Origin: Amphiscolops sp. MND2022 | Taxonomy: Eukaryota | Length of the DNA: 64,000 nt | Assembly: GCA_964187785.1 (NCBI GenBank) | Contig: OZ076409.1 | Coordinates: 46,750,001-46,814,000 of the forward strand | Direction of reading: 5' to 3' | Shown here: positions 41,401 through 53,800 of the stretch, piece by piece | Layout of the letters: each line of letters begins with the position of its first letter | Position numbering within the stretch: position 1 is the stretch's first letter | Position numbers and translations under genes: made by a program | The notes under the pieces: generated by a model | What the model was told of the DNA's origin: nothing | Database searches by the model: none | What the model saw: only the letters and a program-made list of their open reading frames with translations

Positions 41401-41745
41401 ATTTCGGGTTTTTTCTCACTTTGGTGTCATTTTGAGATCTTTTTCATTTGGAAAACAGCAATTGTCTCTTCATAGAAGACTATTGGACAACGAGTTGGTG
41501 CCTTGTTGAACGTTTTCAAGATTCTAATTCACGATATCTATCGAAAAATTGCATAAAAACGTAAAAAGTTGCATTAAAACTCCACAAATACATATCGCAC
41601 TAAGCTAAATTTATGTCAGTTGAATTCTATGGGCAACACCCTCAAAGTTAAATATAAATTTGGTGCTTGGCAAATTTGTAAAGAAAAACAACCGTTTGAT
41701 TTAGATCTTTTCCTTTCCCATATGTATTATGGGCGGAAACGAAAA
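38463..41745 (+). mobile_element. HINE-like family 2, long copy, containing a nested family 1 relic (~38620-39138, minus strand) and a tandem array
   Basis: 5' AACAAGACGCCCGC...TTTTCCGCCCCAAA; the last ~160 bp (caaatacatatcgca...ttcccatatgtattatgggcggaaa) match the 7083-7317 copy. Confidence 0.65.
40140..41570. repeat. Diverged tandem array, about 8 units of ~175-200 bp
   Basis: Recurring TGGACAAC...TGTTGAGCGTTT...ATTCTAATCCACGA at ~40553, 40726, 40912, 41102, 41285 and 41483, with weaker units at ~40206 and ~40395. Confidence 0.9.
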
Positions 41746-44544
41746 AACATTTTTAGTCCCTTGTGAGAAATGAATCATCTCAGTGCTTTGAGAGCCAACG
41801 CTCTAACAGCTAAACCAATTAACTCTCTTTCGACTGTCCTATCTGATTTTGTCTCATTCGTGTCTCTACCAAATAAAGAAGTGATTTATGTTTGGTTGAT
41901 TTTAGTTTTTCTTCAGACTCGAATTTTTCCTTGAGTCACAATTACATTCTGCAGTATTATACCTGAGATTTTTTCTATTTTGCTTTAAAAACTACCACTA
42001 TTACATTCATTCGTTGGGATTGACAAACAATGACGTAAATTGAAGACAGACACCACTTTGGCCGAAAAACTTCTCATGGAAACAATCTTTTTGGTTGCAT
42101 TGCTTTTCCATGGCCCATGATTTTTTTGCTTCATCCATATGGTGTGCGTAAAATCATTCTTATGCCTAAGCTGGCATTTTCTCAAAGGTTCCCAATTTTA
42201 TTGGCAGCCCATGCAGCCGTTGAAGCGTCTCGGCAACAATGTAAGTTATTAAGTTCATTTACTAGCAATTTTTGGAATTTGTTGACTGCTGAAGTTTAAA
42301 TCTTGAACCGGGCAATCGATAAGCGTGGAATTTTTTTCATCCGACTCCATCATCAGCTCAACTGTGATGAAATAATAAGTCCACGGTATACTCTGCTTTT
42401 GTAGATTTCTAGCAGCTTGTTCCTCTATTGTCTCTTTGACAGGGTTTTGGACGTGGATAACGACGGATTGTAACCACACCCACAGATCGATATTGCAGGT
42501 CTGACAAAAGTCATGACAAAAACTCAAATTATGTAGTGACGTGACAAATGGCATGACTGGTTGCTCTTTTTATGGCTGCCATTTCGACGTAATTTAGGTT
42601 TACCGGATTAAGCCAGCAAAGTGCTAACAAGCAGGTTTCTCGATTATTCAACGAGCAGGATTCTCGGGTTTGAACCCTCAGGTATAGCTAATTCGATACA
42701 TGGCAGGTTTTTTCTGCCTTTAGTTGCGGGACCCGATTAACTGTATCGCTCACTAATATTTTTGGTGCTATGGGTCTATGAGGGCAGAAGTACCGTAAAA
42801 TTGAAGGTTTATTTATGCGTGTTTGAGTGTTTTATCATTGTTTCGGCATGTCTATTGAACATTTGATGAACTAGTTGAAATTGCTTGGGTTTCTAAGAAA
42901 TTCAAAACTCAAAATTCCGGCAGCTACTTCTCCAAGTTTTTCCTAGAAACGTTTTGTGATACTAATCAGGTGGCAGTTTTACTAATTTTATGCTAGTCTT
43001 ATCACTCACAAATTGGAGAGAAATGGAATATTTACCAGAACAGCTCCCAAAAAAGGGACACTTGTGAGAGAACATCTCTTTTCCGTCAACTTGTACCACT
43101 CAAAATTTTTTCGCCCGTCCAAAACTCCAGCTCAAAGTTCAAACTAAATATTTTCTTATAAACAAAAAAGACGTTTGAACTTTTCTCTGTGCTGTCCACA
43201 CAAAAATCATCCGATTTCTAAACACTACTGGCTTATCTAACCAATTATTGGACTTAAACCTGTTCACAAAGTGATTTTCTTCGAGTTTAAAAACATTTTT
43301 GTCACCGTTCCTAACTGCAACAAAATACAGAGTTTTGAATGAGGAAGTAAGATCATAGAAGTAGTATCTAGCTGTTGCATTAACGGAATGATGAAGCAAC
43401 GGAACGCGAATTAATTCATCTTTCAAAACTTACTCTCAAGGGGCTCAACTAACCAATTTTCAGAATTCTATTTTTTGACCAAGCGGCCGCGGAGGGGGGA
43501 ATAAGAAACAATGGTCGAATACCATTACGTCGACATCGTTTGCACTGAAATTGGTCCAATAAAATATTTGATGTCGACAAAATCCTATCTTTTACATTCA
43601 AACACAGTTAAAAGTTGCTCATTTTATTTTATAGCGGAGGAAATTTGAGTTAAATTAGGGGCATTAGTATACAACTTTAGCTTGTTCCAGGGGTGAATTT
43701 TTGCTTTTTGTCGTACGGATAATTTTTGCTGCAAGTGTTGAAACAACTGTAGAGACAATCTTCTAAGTATTAATAGCCATATCAATAATTTTCATTCGCC
43801 CAAGAAGGCTCTTCAAATATATAGGTTGTTTTCGCGTTGGTTAGGGGAATAAGAAACAAGGTATACCTGGCGGGAGGTAATGAATAAGAAACATGGTCCC
43901 AATTTTTGCTCTAATTTCATTCTGCGTCACTTACTTATCATTGAAGTACTAAAATACGGTACCTTTTCAAGGTCGATTGGCGCTACTTAATTGCGTTAAA
44001 TGTAAAATTTCGTCGACTCTTAGAGCAAAAGATACTGAAATGTTTATCGTGACTTCAAATATTCGTTTCAAGTTTTTGCTCGCAGTGCTGAAAAAAAACA
44101 AAATCCTATTTTGCAGGCGAAATAAATGAAAGGCAGCTTTTATAAATTTTTAATATCTTCAAAAAACATTTTCGATGAAAATTGAATTAGAGGACTTTTT
44201 TCGAGGAAATTCGGGAAACGAAAAACTTTATTTTCGGGAAAAATGAAAAATTTTAGTCTAAGTTTCTTCGACAAAGAACCTAGAATCATTGTGAAAACAT
44301 GAGAAGGGGGCTTTCTGGCTGTGATCAACGTAGTATCAGCCAATTGGAATTGAGAAGCAACGTCTAATCAGCCGATGAGATTCGGAAACATCTATCATTT
44401 TGCGCTGCTTACTCTCATTTATTTGGGGCTTCATCGTACAACACATTTTAATCTATTTTAAAAAGTACGCAAGGATATTTCACACTGGTATAACTTCTTG
44501 TGAGACAAAATTTTTTAGATCTTTAGAAACCGTTGATATCGCGG

Positions 44545-44766
44545 TGTAATAGCGGTCTACGGATTGACGATGAAGAGAGATGTTGAGCAATACTATATTT
44601 GCAGAGACCATATGGTGAATGGCTGATATCTTTTTCGAGACAAATACAACTTTGTTTGTAAATAATATTTCAACTGTATGATAATATGTATTTACAGCTT
44701 GCCAAATTAATGTTCTTCTTATGAATCGGTTGTTCAAGAGTCGAGCTCAAAGTCAACTCTCTCTCA
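44545..44766 (-). repeat. 3' LTR of Gypsy element 2
   Basis: Direct repeat of 49878-50089. Confidence 0.92.
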
Positions 44767-47700
44767 CCCCTTCAACTAAACTCATAGTATATATAAACAT
44801 GGTAACTATGATGGTGGGTAATGGGTATCAATAAGTATGAATACGTACTGCACTTCAGTTGGTTGTTGTTTAGCAACTGGATTATCTAGTACAGATTAAC
44901 ATAAATGTGTATTCAAGATACATTATCAAGAAATTTACTGAGTACATTTTGACGTAAACAAAAACACGTATTCGAGACACATTAGTTTCTTTGAGTTTCT
45001 TTGTAGTTTTACTTGCTTTTTGGTGGGCTCTCATTGTTTAATGTTTTCCTCTGGATGCTCGATATCATGACGTTAGTACCGAAGTCAGTTTTATGTCTTT
45101 TTCTCTCACCTCTCCTTGCATTGAGATTTTCTTGTTGTAGTGTTTCTCGTCATAGCAGTTTTTGTTTCCTTGTCTTCTCTTCCTGCTTTACCTGTTCCTC
45201 CTGTTTTGCCTGTTCGTCTTCGTTTGCCTCTTCCGGTTGTTTTGCTCCTGAATGTTCATCCACTCCGTTTTTTATTTCTGTCGCGTGGTGTGTTGGTTGC
45301 ATCTCTTCTTCATTATCGCTATCGATTTCGATTATTGTCGTCAACTTCTCAGTTTCTTTCCTTTGTTTTTTGTCGGTTTTTAATTTTCTCTGTTTACTTT
45401 TGATTTTTTCCTCCAGTTTTGCCATTCGTGGTTTTGTTTTCATGTTTACTTTGACTTTATCTTCCTCTGTTCTGATTGGTTGTTTCCCTCCTGGTATTTC
45501 TTTCTGTATTGGTGCTTCTGTTTCACTGTGTAAGTCACTATACATTGGCCATTCGTTCTGCATAAGCTGTTGGCCGTCTTCTGGTACTCCGCCGCGGCTT
45601 GCCAAAAGCTGTTGGTCTGCCTGCTTTGACGAACATGGCTGATCAACTGTGTTGTTGCGTCGGATGTCTCGTTGTGACAAGTTCGTGGCTCTTGTCTTCC
45701 CTGCTGGTAGGAACGTTATTGTGTGTTCCGATTGGCTCAGGAGAGTTCCTTCGCGCTTTTGGCACGCGCCTTCGAGCTTGCTCTCTCTCTCTTGCCCTTT
45801 CGGGAACCAGTATTGTCGAATCTTGTACCGATTCGAAGTCTGTCACTGTCAGTTAGAAGTCCTATGATTCTGAAATAGACTTTCCTCGATTTATTACCAG
45901 CCTTATTTTGTGTTTGATTCTTTATCTGTGTATCTCTCATAAAAAGATTTCCCATTTTTGTGGGAAACATCCTCAAGGCGAATAGAATTTCTGAGAGGCC
46001 TGAATTTTCCCGTCCTCATACTATTTGTTTGTTTGTTCTTAGCCTTTCATTAATAGTTCTGATTAGCCTTTCTATTTTACCATTTTCATGATGGTCTATG
46101 ATTGGACATTCGACATGTGCATTAGACGCCTTTTGCAAATATCCTTGAAACGTTTGCATCTGAAGATGGTGGCAGGGTTCGTTCTGATGACTTGTGGGAT
46201 TCCATATCAGGCTATATACTTTTTAAGAAATTCGATAACTCTTTCTGTTTTCAGTTTTCCCAAGATATTTGCTTCGGGCCACTCCGAATATTGGTCTACT
46301 GATACTAATAGTTATTTCTCTGCTTTTGCGGCATTTTGGAATGGCCCAGCAAAATCTATTGCAATTTGCTGATTGTTTTTTTGTATTCGAGGGACTAACT
46401 TACTTGGTTTTGGCTTAGTAAAGTTTTAGTATTTTAATATTCTTACCGGCTAGCGAACAATGCGGGCATGCTCTCGCGATTGCGATCACTTCGCGATGAA
46501 AGCGCGGCCACTAGACGTTAGACTCGGTTGTCAACATACTGTCTTGCCCCGGGTGTCCATAGTGTAGAGACCGCATTTTCATCGGACGTAATGTTTTGGG
46601 AATAACCAAACGTTCGTCCATGTGTTTTAAGTCATGTTGGTCGACGCTTAGGCAACTGCATTTTTCACGCCACGTCGTGGGAAGGCGATTTATTTTGGTG
46701 CTCTCCTGTTTCTCCAGTAAATGAATTATTTTTTGAAAGATATCATGCATTTCGTATTGCGACGCAAACGTGAAGTTGCCCAGTGTTCGTAGAACTTCAA
46801 TTTGGTTTACTGTATAACAAACCGGCGTTTTATTTGGTGGTTAGTTAGCTACTTGCATCACTTCTTCATTCAATATTTCGTTCTCGCTTGAATATGACGT
46901 TTGTTCGCTTACTTGTCACGACTGTATAATTGCTGCTATTTGTTTAAGTGGCGTCTTGTTTGTTTTTGTTACTTCGCTCTCAGTTGCCAATTCTTTCTTG
47001 AATTGCGTCCCGCTCTCACTTGGCAATATTTCTCCTATTGGTTGATTCTGACATGCTTTTGACTACTGATTTGTTGTTGCTGAAACAGATTTATCATTTA
47101 TGATTCTTTCATTTACCGTAAAGAAACTATTCCAAAGTTCCTCTGCTTTAATTTTGTTTTCGTTGCTCTTATTTTCCGAGGGATGCCTTGATAAAAAATC
47201 GGCAATTCCCTTGGTACGACCTGGGGAGTGAACTACTTTAAATTGGAATGGTAGCAATCGATCTACCCAGATAGTCAATCTTGAGGAAAATGCTTTATTC
47301 GATCTGTTATCACCAAAAATTGTTGTTAAGGACACAACCTCAAATTCTACCCGTAAACATTGTTTCAGAAATATTCTATTGCCCTAACCACGGCTAAAAG
47401 TTCTAGCTCAGTTATTGAGTATTTTTTCTAAAATTCCGTTAAAAACCAGGAAGAGAAGTGTGTTGTTTCCCATTCTTTATCTTGTTGCTGTTGGAGAACA
47501 GAACAGCGCCCGGGCCTTCTTTGCTTGCGTCGCAAATAATTCTGAGAAGTAGGTTCCTTTTGAAATGTTTTTTTTTGTTATATTTTTATCGCTTGTTTTA
47601 ATTTGTCAAACGCTTCCTCATTCTCTTTTTCTCATTTCCATTCGTTGTCTTTTTTCTGTGAGGGCCTCAACGGTGGACATCAATTTGCTAAATTCGGTAT

Positions 47701-49877
47701 AATTCGATTAATCTTGTTAATTGCTCCCATGAATGATCTCAAATCGTTTAGATTCTTTGGCCGAAGTTTGTCTGTTATCGCTTGTACTTTTCCTTCGATT
47801 GGCTTCATTCCTTCTGCTGATAGTTTGTATCCCAACCATTCCGTGTTTTCTGCGCAATTTGCATTTTTTCAGTAATAATTGTACTCCCGCTTCATCTAGT
47901 ACTTTGATTGTTTCTTCCAATTTTTCCATAGGTACTTTCTTGGTTCTTTCGGTGACCACCAGTATGTCGTCGATGAATGTGAATGTATTCTTCTTCTCGT
48001 GTAGTATGCTGTTCAGGAATTTCAGTTGGCACTATGATTAGTCCGTAATATCCTGGGTTAAACGCATATGTCCCAGTTGATTCTCCTCCTACAATCTGAA
48101 ATTTCTCTGTTTGGCAGTTTCTGGATGTAACACACTCTGACCATATGCGTACTGCATCTCCAAAGAAGTAAACAAAACTTCCCTTTCCTTGTTGTCGTTC
48201 ATGATTTCTGCTACCTTGTCCATCAGACTTTCGAAGTTTGGCATTTGGTGTTTATATTTTCGTATGGCATTGTTGGGTGATCTGGCATCTAATGCTTTCG
48301 TGACACTCAAATCCTTCTTTACTGTTAAGAAAACTGTTTGGTAAATTATATCGTCCATTATTTTGTCTACTTTTCTAATATGTCCTGCCTTCAAGAGATT
48401 TTTCATTTCTTGATCTACTGCTTGTTGCAGTTGTAATGCTTTTTGTTGGGTTATTTTGGCGTCTTTTTTGAAATCGGTCTTACTTGTGTGCCCCTTGCCT
48501 GCTACAAATCGTGGGAAATTTTTGTTGTATAATTTTTAGTTATGGTGACAATTCTACACTATTTACACTACTGTTTACGTTTTTGGTATAATCACTTCCT
48601 TGACTTGCTTCTGCCACCCGGAAATTCAACTGTGCTAGCCAATCTCGCCCCACTTATGACATTTTGCCGTCACGTCTCATGATCATCCTCGGCTTCTTCA
48701 TGATTCGTTTGCCCACTTGGACTTCTACTGTGATGTACCCAAAAAAATTCATCAGTGGTCTACCGTTATAATCCACATTTTCATCGTTTATGGATAAGGG
48801 TCTCACAAATGTTACGTCAGTTTTCAGTAGTTCCCGTACGTTTTCTTTAGTGAATATTGTGATTGACGATACCGAATCAATCATCGTGACGAACGACTGT
48901 TTGATTTATTCGTCTTTTTAGAACGAATAGTGGTGTTCCGTTTCCCTCAACTGTCAGCACTATGTTGTCCTCGTCCCATTCAGAGCTCTCTTCTGATTTG
49001 TCCGCGGCTTAACCAATCAAATTAATTCTTCTTGATGTGCCTTTATTTGAGGATCTGCCATTTCCTCTGATGTTGGCAGTTTTAAGACGTTTGCAAACTC
49101 GCATGAAATGCCAAATTACTCCACAGTTGCTGCATTTCTCGTTTTTGGGCTTGCAGACTGTCAAATGATTTTGCGAAAATTCCAGCCCACATCTCGTACA
49201 TGGAGTTTTTCCTCGGTTGTCGATTGCATATATTGGCTCCCTTTTTATTTCACTTCCGCCGCAAAAAATTTTCTGTTGGCTAAAACCTTCTTCGAAGTCT
49301 ACTGCACAGTCTTTCTTGTACTGATTTATTATGCATGTTTTTGATAAAGTTATCCACTATTAAACATTCTGTCTGTTGTTCGAAAACGCATCTTGCGGCT
49401 ATTTCCGTTAGTGCATTCCAGAATTGTCTCAAGGGCTCATTAGGATGTTGTTTTCTGGCATAGGACTTGTATCTTTCTAATGTTCTGTTTGTTGGCTTCC
49501 TGAATGTTTCTTTAAAATTGTTTTTGATCTCGTTCAGTGTTGTTGCTGGGTATGGGTACTTATCTGTTAGATTTTTTTCCTTCCCGCCGTGCCCAGTAAT
49601 AAGAAGAGGATACTCACCACCTTCCTTTCTGCGGCCTGTTCATTGAGATTGTTGATCAACGCGGGTTGTCTCAGTTGAGCTTCTGTTGGTGTCATGAGTA
49701 ATTCTGTGATTGTTATTGAATGTTTTGCATTAACTGCTACAGTGAATATGCCCCACCACTTTTCCCACTCTATTTTAGGTGGCGATCCAGCGGTGTCCCA
49801 GTAAGATGGCAGTCCCGCCAAAGCTGACGGACTGCTTGGAGTTGCTCCGCTCATTTCGGAATTGTCTCGCAGCGCCA

Positions 49878-50089
49878 AGTAATAGCGGTCTACGGATTGA
49901 CGATGAAGAGAGTTGTTGAGCAATTCTGTATTTACAAAGAGACCACATGGTGAATGGCCGATATCTTTTTCGAAACTAATACAGTTTTTTTGTGAATAAT
50001 ATTTCATTTGTATGATAATATGTATTTACAACTTGCTCAATTACTGTTCTTTTTATGAACTGGTTGTTCAAGTGTGGAGCTCTCTCACA
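49878..50089 (-). repeat. 5' LTR of Gypsy element 2
   Basis: Direct repeat of 44545-44766 with an ~11-bp deletion near its start; followed on the minus strand by the PBS. Confidence 0.92.
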
Positions 50090-51754
50090 CGCGAAATGTC
50101 ATTCAAAGTTTTTTCCCACCATTTTCCGGTAAAAGCATCTTTGACCAGCTATTCAAATCAAATGACACCAAAAGTTTGACAAACTTGCTTTTGTGAGTAC
50201 TCAGGTCAAGCATTGTTAGGAAAGTACTACCAGTTCGGAACAGAATACAAAATACAAAAAATTGTTGGACGCAGATCCTTCTTGAAAAACTGTCGCACTG
50301 TCTTTCAAGAGCGTGCAAGAAATCGAAAGTTTTCGTTCACCTTACCTTAGGGTAGCTTTGTATGTTAAAATCACTGAGTATTTCCAAACATCAGATGATA
50401 TCCGGCCCGAAATTAGCAACCAGGTGTCACCTATAAAATCAATAATACAAATGTTTCCGCTTGTTAGTTACCATCAGTTACCGTTGTTGTTTCATTAGGG
50501 GACCAAATAGAAATTAGGACACTTGGTTTTGCAATTAAAAATTACATTGGGTAAAACTGATTGGGAAAAAAACTTGACCAAACCCATAAAAATAGTAGAC
50601 TTTTGTAAATGTTGATAACTCCTACAAGGATATTCATTGTTTCGAGGTCAAAAATTTATCACTCTCAGAAAATTCTTTTCACTAGAAACTTTAGGCAGGT
50701 TCTAAAATCATCATACATCTTTCGAACCTCTCGGTTGTGACGGAACATGTATGAATACTGTTCTTACCCGTGAATGTTGTTGAATCTCGGTCACCACTCG
50801 TTGAATGGCATCGTAAAACTGTTACGTATTCGTTTGAATAATCTGACCGCTCAATTGAAAATCTATTGTTACCGCGATCAACGTGCTTTGGAAAAACGAA
50901 GCTGACCGTTCAAATGCGTTCACTGCTAGCGGTTTAGCTACTTTCGAACTTGACTCGGATCCTTTTTGACGTCGCTGTCTAGTCGAAGTCTTTCATGTTC
51001 AAAGTACAAATGGCTGCAAAACGTTCATCCTTTGCATTTGCCTATTCAGTTCAAAGGTCAAAAGTCGTAATCTAAATACGGAACTAAGGTAGCAAGAATG
51101 CAAACTTAGTGAACTTTTAAGAAACCCTCTTTTCCCCAGACTGTTCACAGCTGGTTAACTGGTGGCTCAATATTGGTTCTTAGGTAACGTCCTTTTGAAT
51201 TGGCCCATTGCTACAGTAAGGAATGGTTTGAGCGAACAGTTTTCATTCTATCTTCATTCTTTGATAGATCTTAATCAAATAATACCCGTTGAATGAGAAT
51301 CAATCATTCAATCCAAATTCTTTTATTGAGAACTGATATGTTCAGTTCAAATGATTCTCTGGATAAATCAATACAGTCTGCAATTTCAATCAACCTGTTT
51401 ATTTTGAAGATTTTAAAGATTTTAAATCATTTCTTGCTTTTATTTTATCTTCTTCTGAGTTTGCGAGGCGCCCACGAAACATTGCAAGCATTTTAATAAT
51501 TCATCGCAACCTCGATCTCTGAGACTTGATGAAGAAATTGCCATGAAAAAATTCCATTTCTCAATGACATCATTCATCGCCAAACAACAAAATTTTTACA
51601 AAATTAGGATTGGTGTTTCTCGTTAAGACCAGTGGTTTTGGAGATACTTCTACGAGAAAATTCAAATATTGAAGAAACTTCCAAAAAATTATATCGGAAG
51701 TTTCCTGAAAAACTGCTTGTCTCAAATACCACAATAAATGTTTGTAGCCTTCAC

Positions 51755-51840
51755 TGTCAAATTGGTTCTTTCCATTTTAGGAAACACTGAAATTTCATGA
51801 AATTTCAATGTTCCCTAAAATGGAAAGAACCAATTTGACA
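51755..51840. repeat. 86-bp near-perfect palindrome
   Basis: 43-bp arms, no spacer, two mismatches. Confidence 0.95.
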
Positions 51841-53800
51841 ACTCTCTTGTGATTAACTTACTTCATAATTTTCAAAGCTTCAACCTATCCTCAGACTTTT
51901 TAAAAGGCGTGTTTAAATTAAAACTCTTTGCAAGTTTGATCAAGTAATCTCTATCATTTGGCAAAAATATTATTCTGAAATTCAGAATGAATTAAATACA
52001 TCAAGTTTGACATATAGTAAAATCATAGTTTGTCTGACTCAGTTTCAATTTTTTTAAATTTTTGTTTTGAAAAACCGTAGTGCAATTTCGGTTGAATGGA
52101 ACTTCCAAGGAATCAATAGCACAAAACATGGTTTATATCCATGAATAATTGATCGATTAGAGTGTTTTGCCTGAATTGGTTTCTACTTAAACGCGTGCTT
52201 TGTTAAATAGTTTCAGAATCACTGATTCTGCACCGCTAGAATGACAACACGGAGGAGCCTGACTATTTAATGTTGACATAATTGGATTAAAAATGCAAAT
52301 GCCCGCGGTAAGTCTACTGATCTGAGCTAAGTTACTGATTGCAATGTTTTCACTCATCAGATAGTTGGCGTCGTTGAATAATTGTATTTTCAGATAAAAC
52401 AATTTTGTTGACGGTGCTACAATGGTTTCAATGTTTCCTTTGTTTATGCTTCCATGACTGATTAATCAAAAACCGCGAGCTTGGCTAATTGCTATGGCTG
52501 CAAAACGGAAAAGGAAAACTTCATCCGACTACGCGGTTACTTTGTTTGAAAATGCCTTGATCAAAAATTTAAAAACATTTTCTTTTAATTTAGTTTTCGT
52601 CAACGTTTTCCAGTACTTGGAGCCATCCGTAACTTTCAATTTTATGGGCATACATAAAATGTTCAGTCTCACATAAAAACTAATATGAAACTTACGAAAG
52701 AAAAAGTGTCAAAAATTCGTTTCACAAGAGTTTCATGGCAAGCTTTTGTGATTTTTGCAATCATGAATCATCAGTTTTGAATGTTTTTGTTGTATTTAAA
52801 TGGAAATTTGTTTTGGATTTTCCCAATTTTTCAATGTTCTGCTATTTTTAGGTTTTATGTCTTTCCCCCGAAGATTCCAAAGCACATGCGTTGTCAACAA
52901 AGATCAGCCTATTGAATTGGGTCTTATCTATGAAAGTTTATTTTGTTTGATGTTTAGATTCTTTCTTATTAGAAGGGCTTTTTCTAAACATTCACTTTTT
53001 TCTCAAAGCTTTACTTCTCAATAATCCAATAGAGCTTCTCTAAATCAATAACCACCGATTTCTGAATTTATTAACTCCCTTGATACTTAGAATTGACAAA
53101 AGTTGACAACTTTTTAGATTAATCTTTTCGAAGAAATGTTTTCTTTCTAAAATTACAGCGAATAGTTTGATTAATTTCACTAAAAGTGACAGGTATGCGC
53201 GGCGGTTCCACTGGTGAGCAATGCAAGCATGTCAAGTTTATCCTCTTTCTCAATAGAAAAAGATGATTTTCTCACAACTTGATTACATTTTTGTGATTGA
53301 TTAGTATCTCAAGTTGGTAACAAGATTAATTGGGAACTTCAAGACAATCGTGCATTGCATATCAATTGCGTCGCTCATGTATATCTCCATCTTGGATGAA
53401 AAACTTAAGAATTGAAAAACATTAATAATCGAAATTTGTAGAAACTCAAAAGTTTCACTTGACTTCATTGAATGGAGTTTTTTAAATCGTTTTTTTCATG
53501 GTTATTTAGGCATAAAAAACTTCCCCATTTCATTCAAGTTAAAGTTTGTTTAAAAGGCTCTTTGATCCGAAATTTTTCATAGGCACTAAACTACACATGT
53601 CTCCTCTTGAAGTAAAGATCAGATAGCAAGTACAACAATAATCCATGATTCATCGGCTCATTGGAAGCTTTTCATTCCTAGTCGAACATCCTGGAAAGTT
53701 TTGAATCCTGTATTGAAGCATAGCAGCTTACTATTTGTCAAATCGAGGGAAACGGCGTGGAAAAATTTGCTTTTTTTTACAAAACTTCCATCCTTGCAAC

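Larger units (their letters stand above)
44545..50089 (-). mobile_element. Full-length decayed Ty3/Gypsy LTR retrotransposon
   Basis: LTRs 49878-50089 (5') and 44545-44766 (3'), PBS TGGCGCTGCGAG, purine tract GAAGGGG, TSD CGCGG/CGCGA. Gag MSGATPSS...KIEWEKWWGIF, protease MIDSVSSITIF, RT ALDAR...QYAYGQ...FIDDILVV, RNase H SSRLTIWVDRLLPFQFKVVHSPG...IADFLSR, integrase zinc finger LHYGHPGQ. Confidence 0.95.

Noticed and set aside
40140..41570. CRISPR-like regular spacing
   Set aside because: Entire units are homologous with no unique spacers or cas genes; eukaryotic tandem repeat.
45013..45642. 209-aa hydrophobic plus-strand ORF resembling an env or membrane protein
   Set aside because: Antisense shadow of the K/E/Q-rich Gypsy post-integrase tail.
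52340..52370. Hammerhead ribozyme core (minus-strand CTGATGAGTGAAAAC; similar CTGATGA at ~18265 and ~62084)
   Set aside because: No convincing stem II/GAAA/stem III arrangement with an NUH cleavage site.
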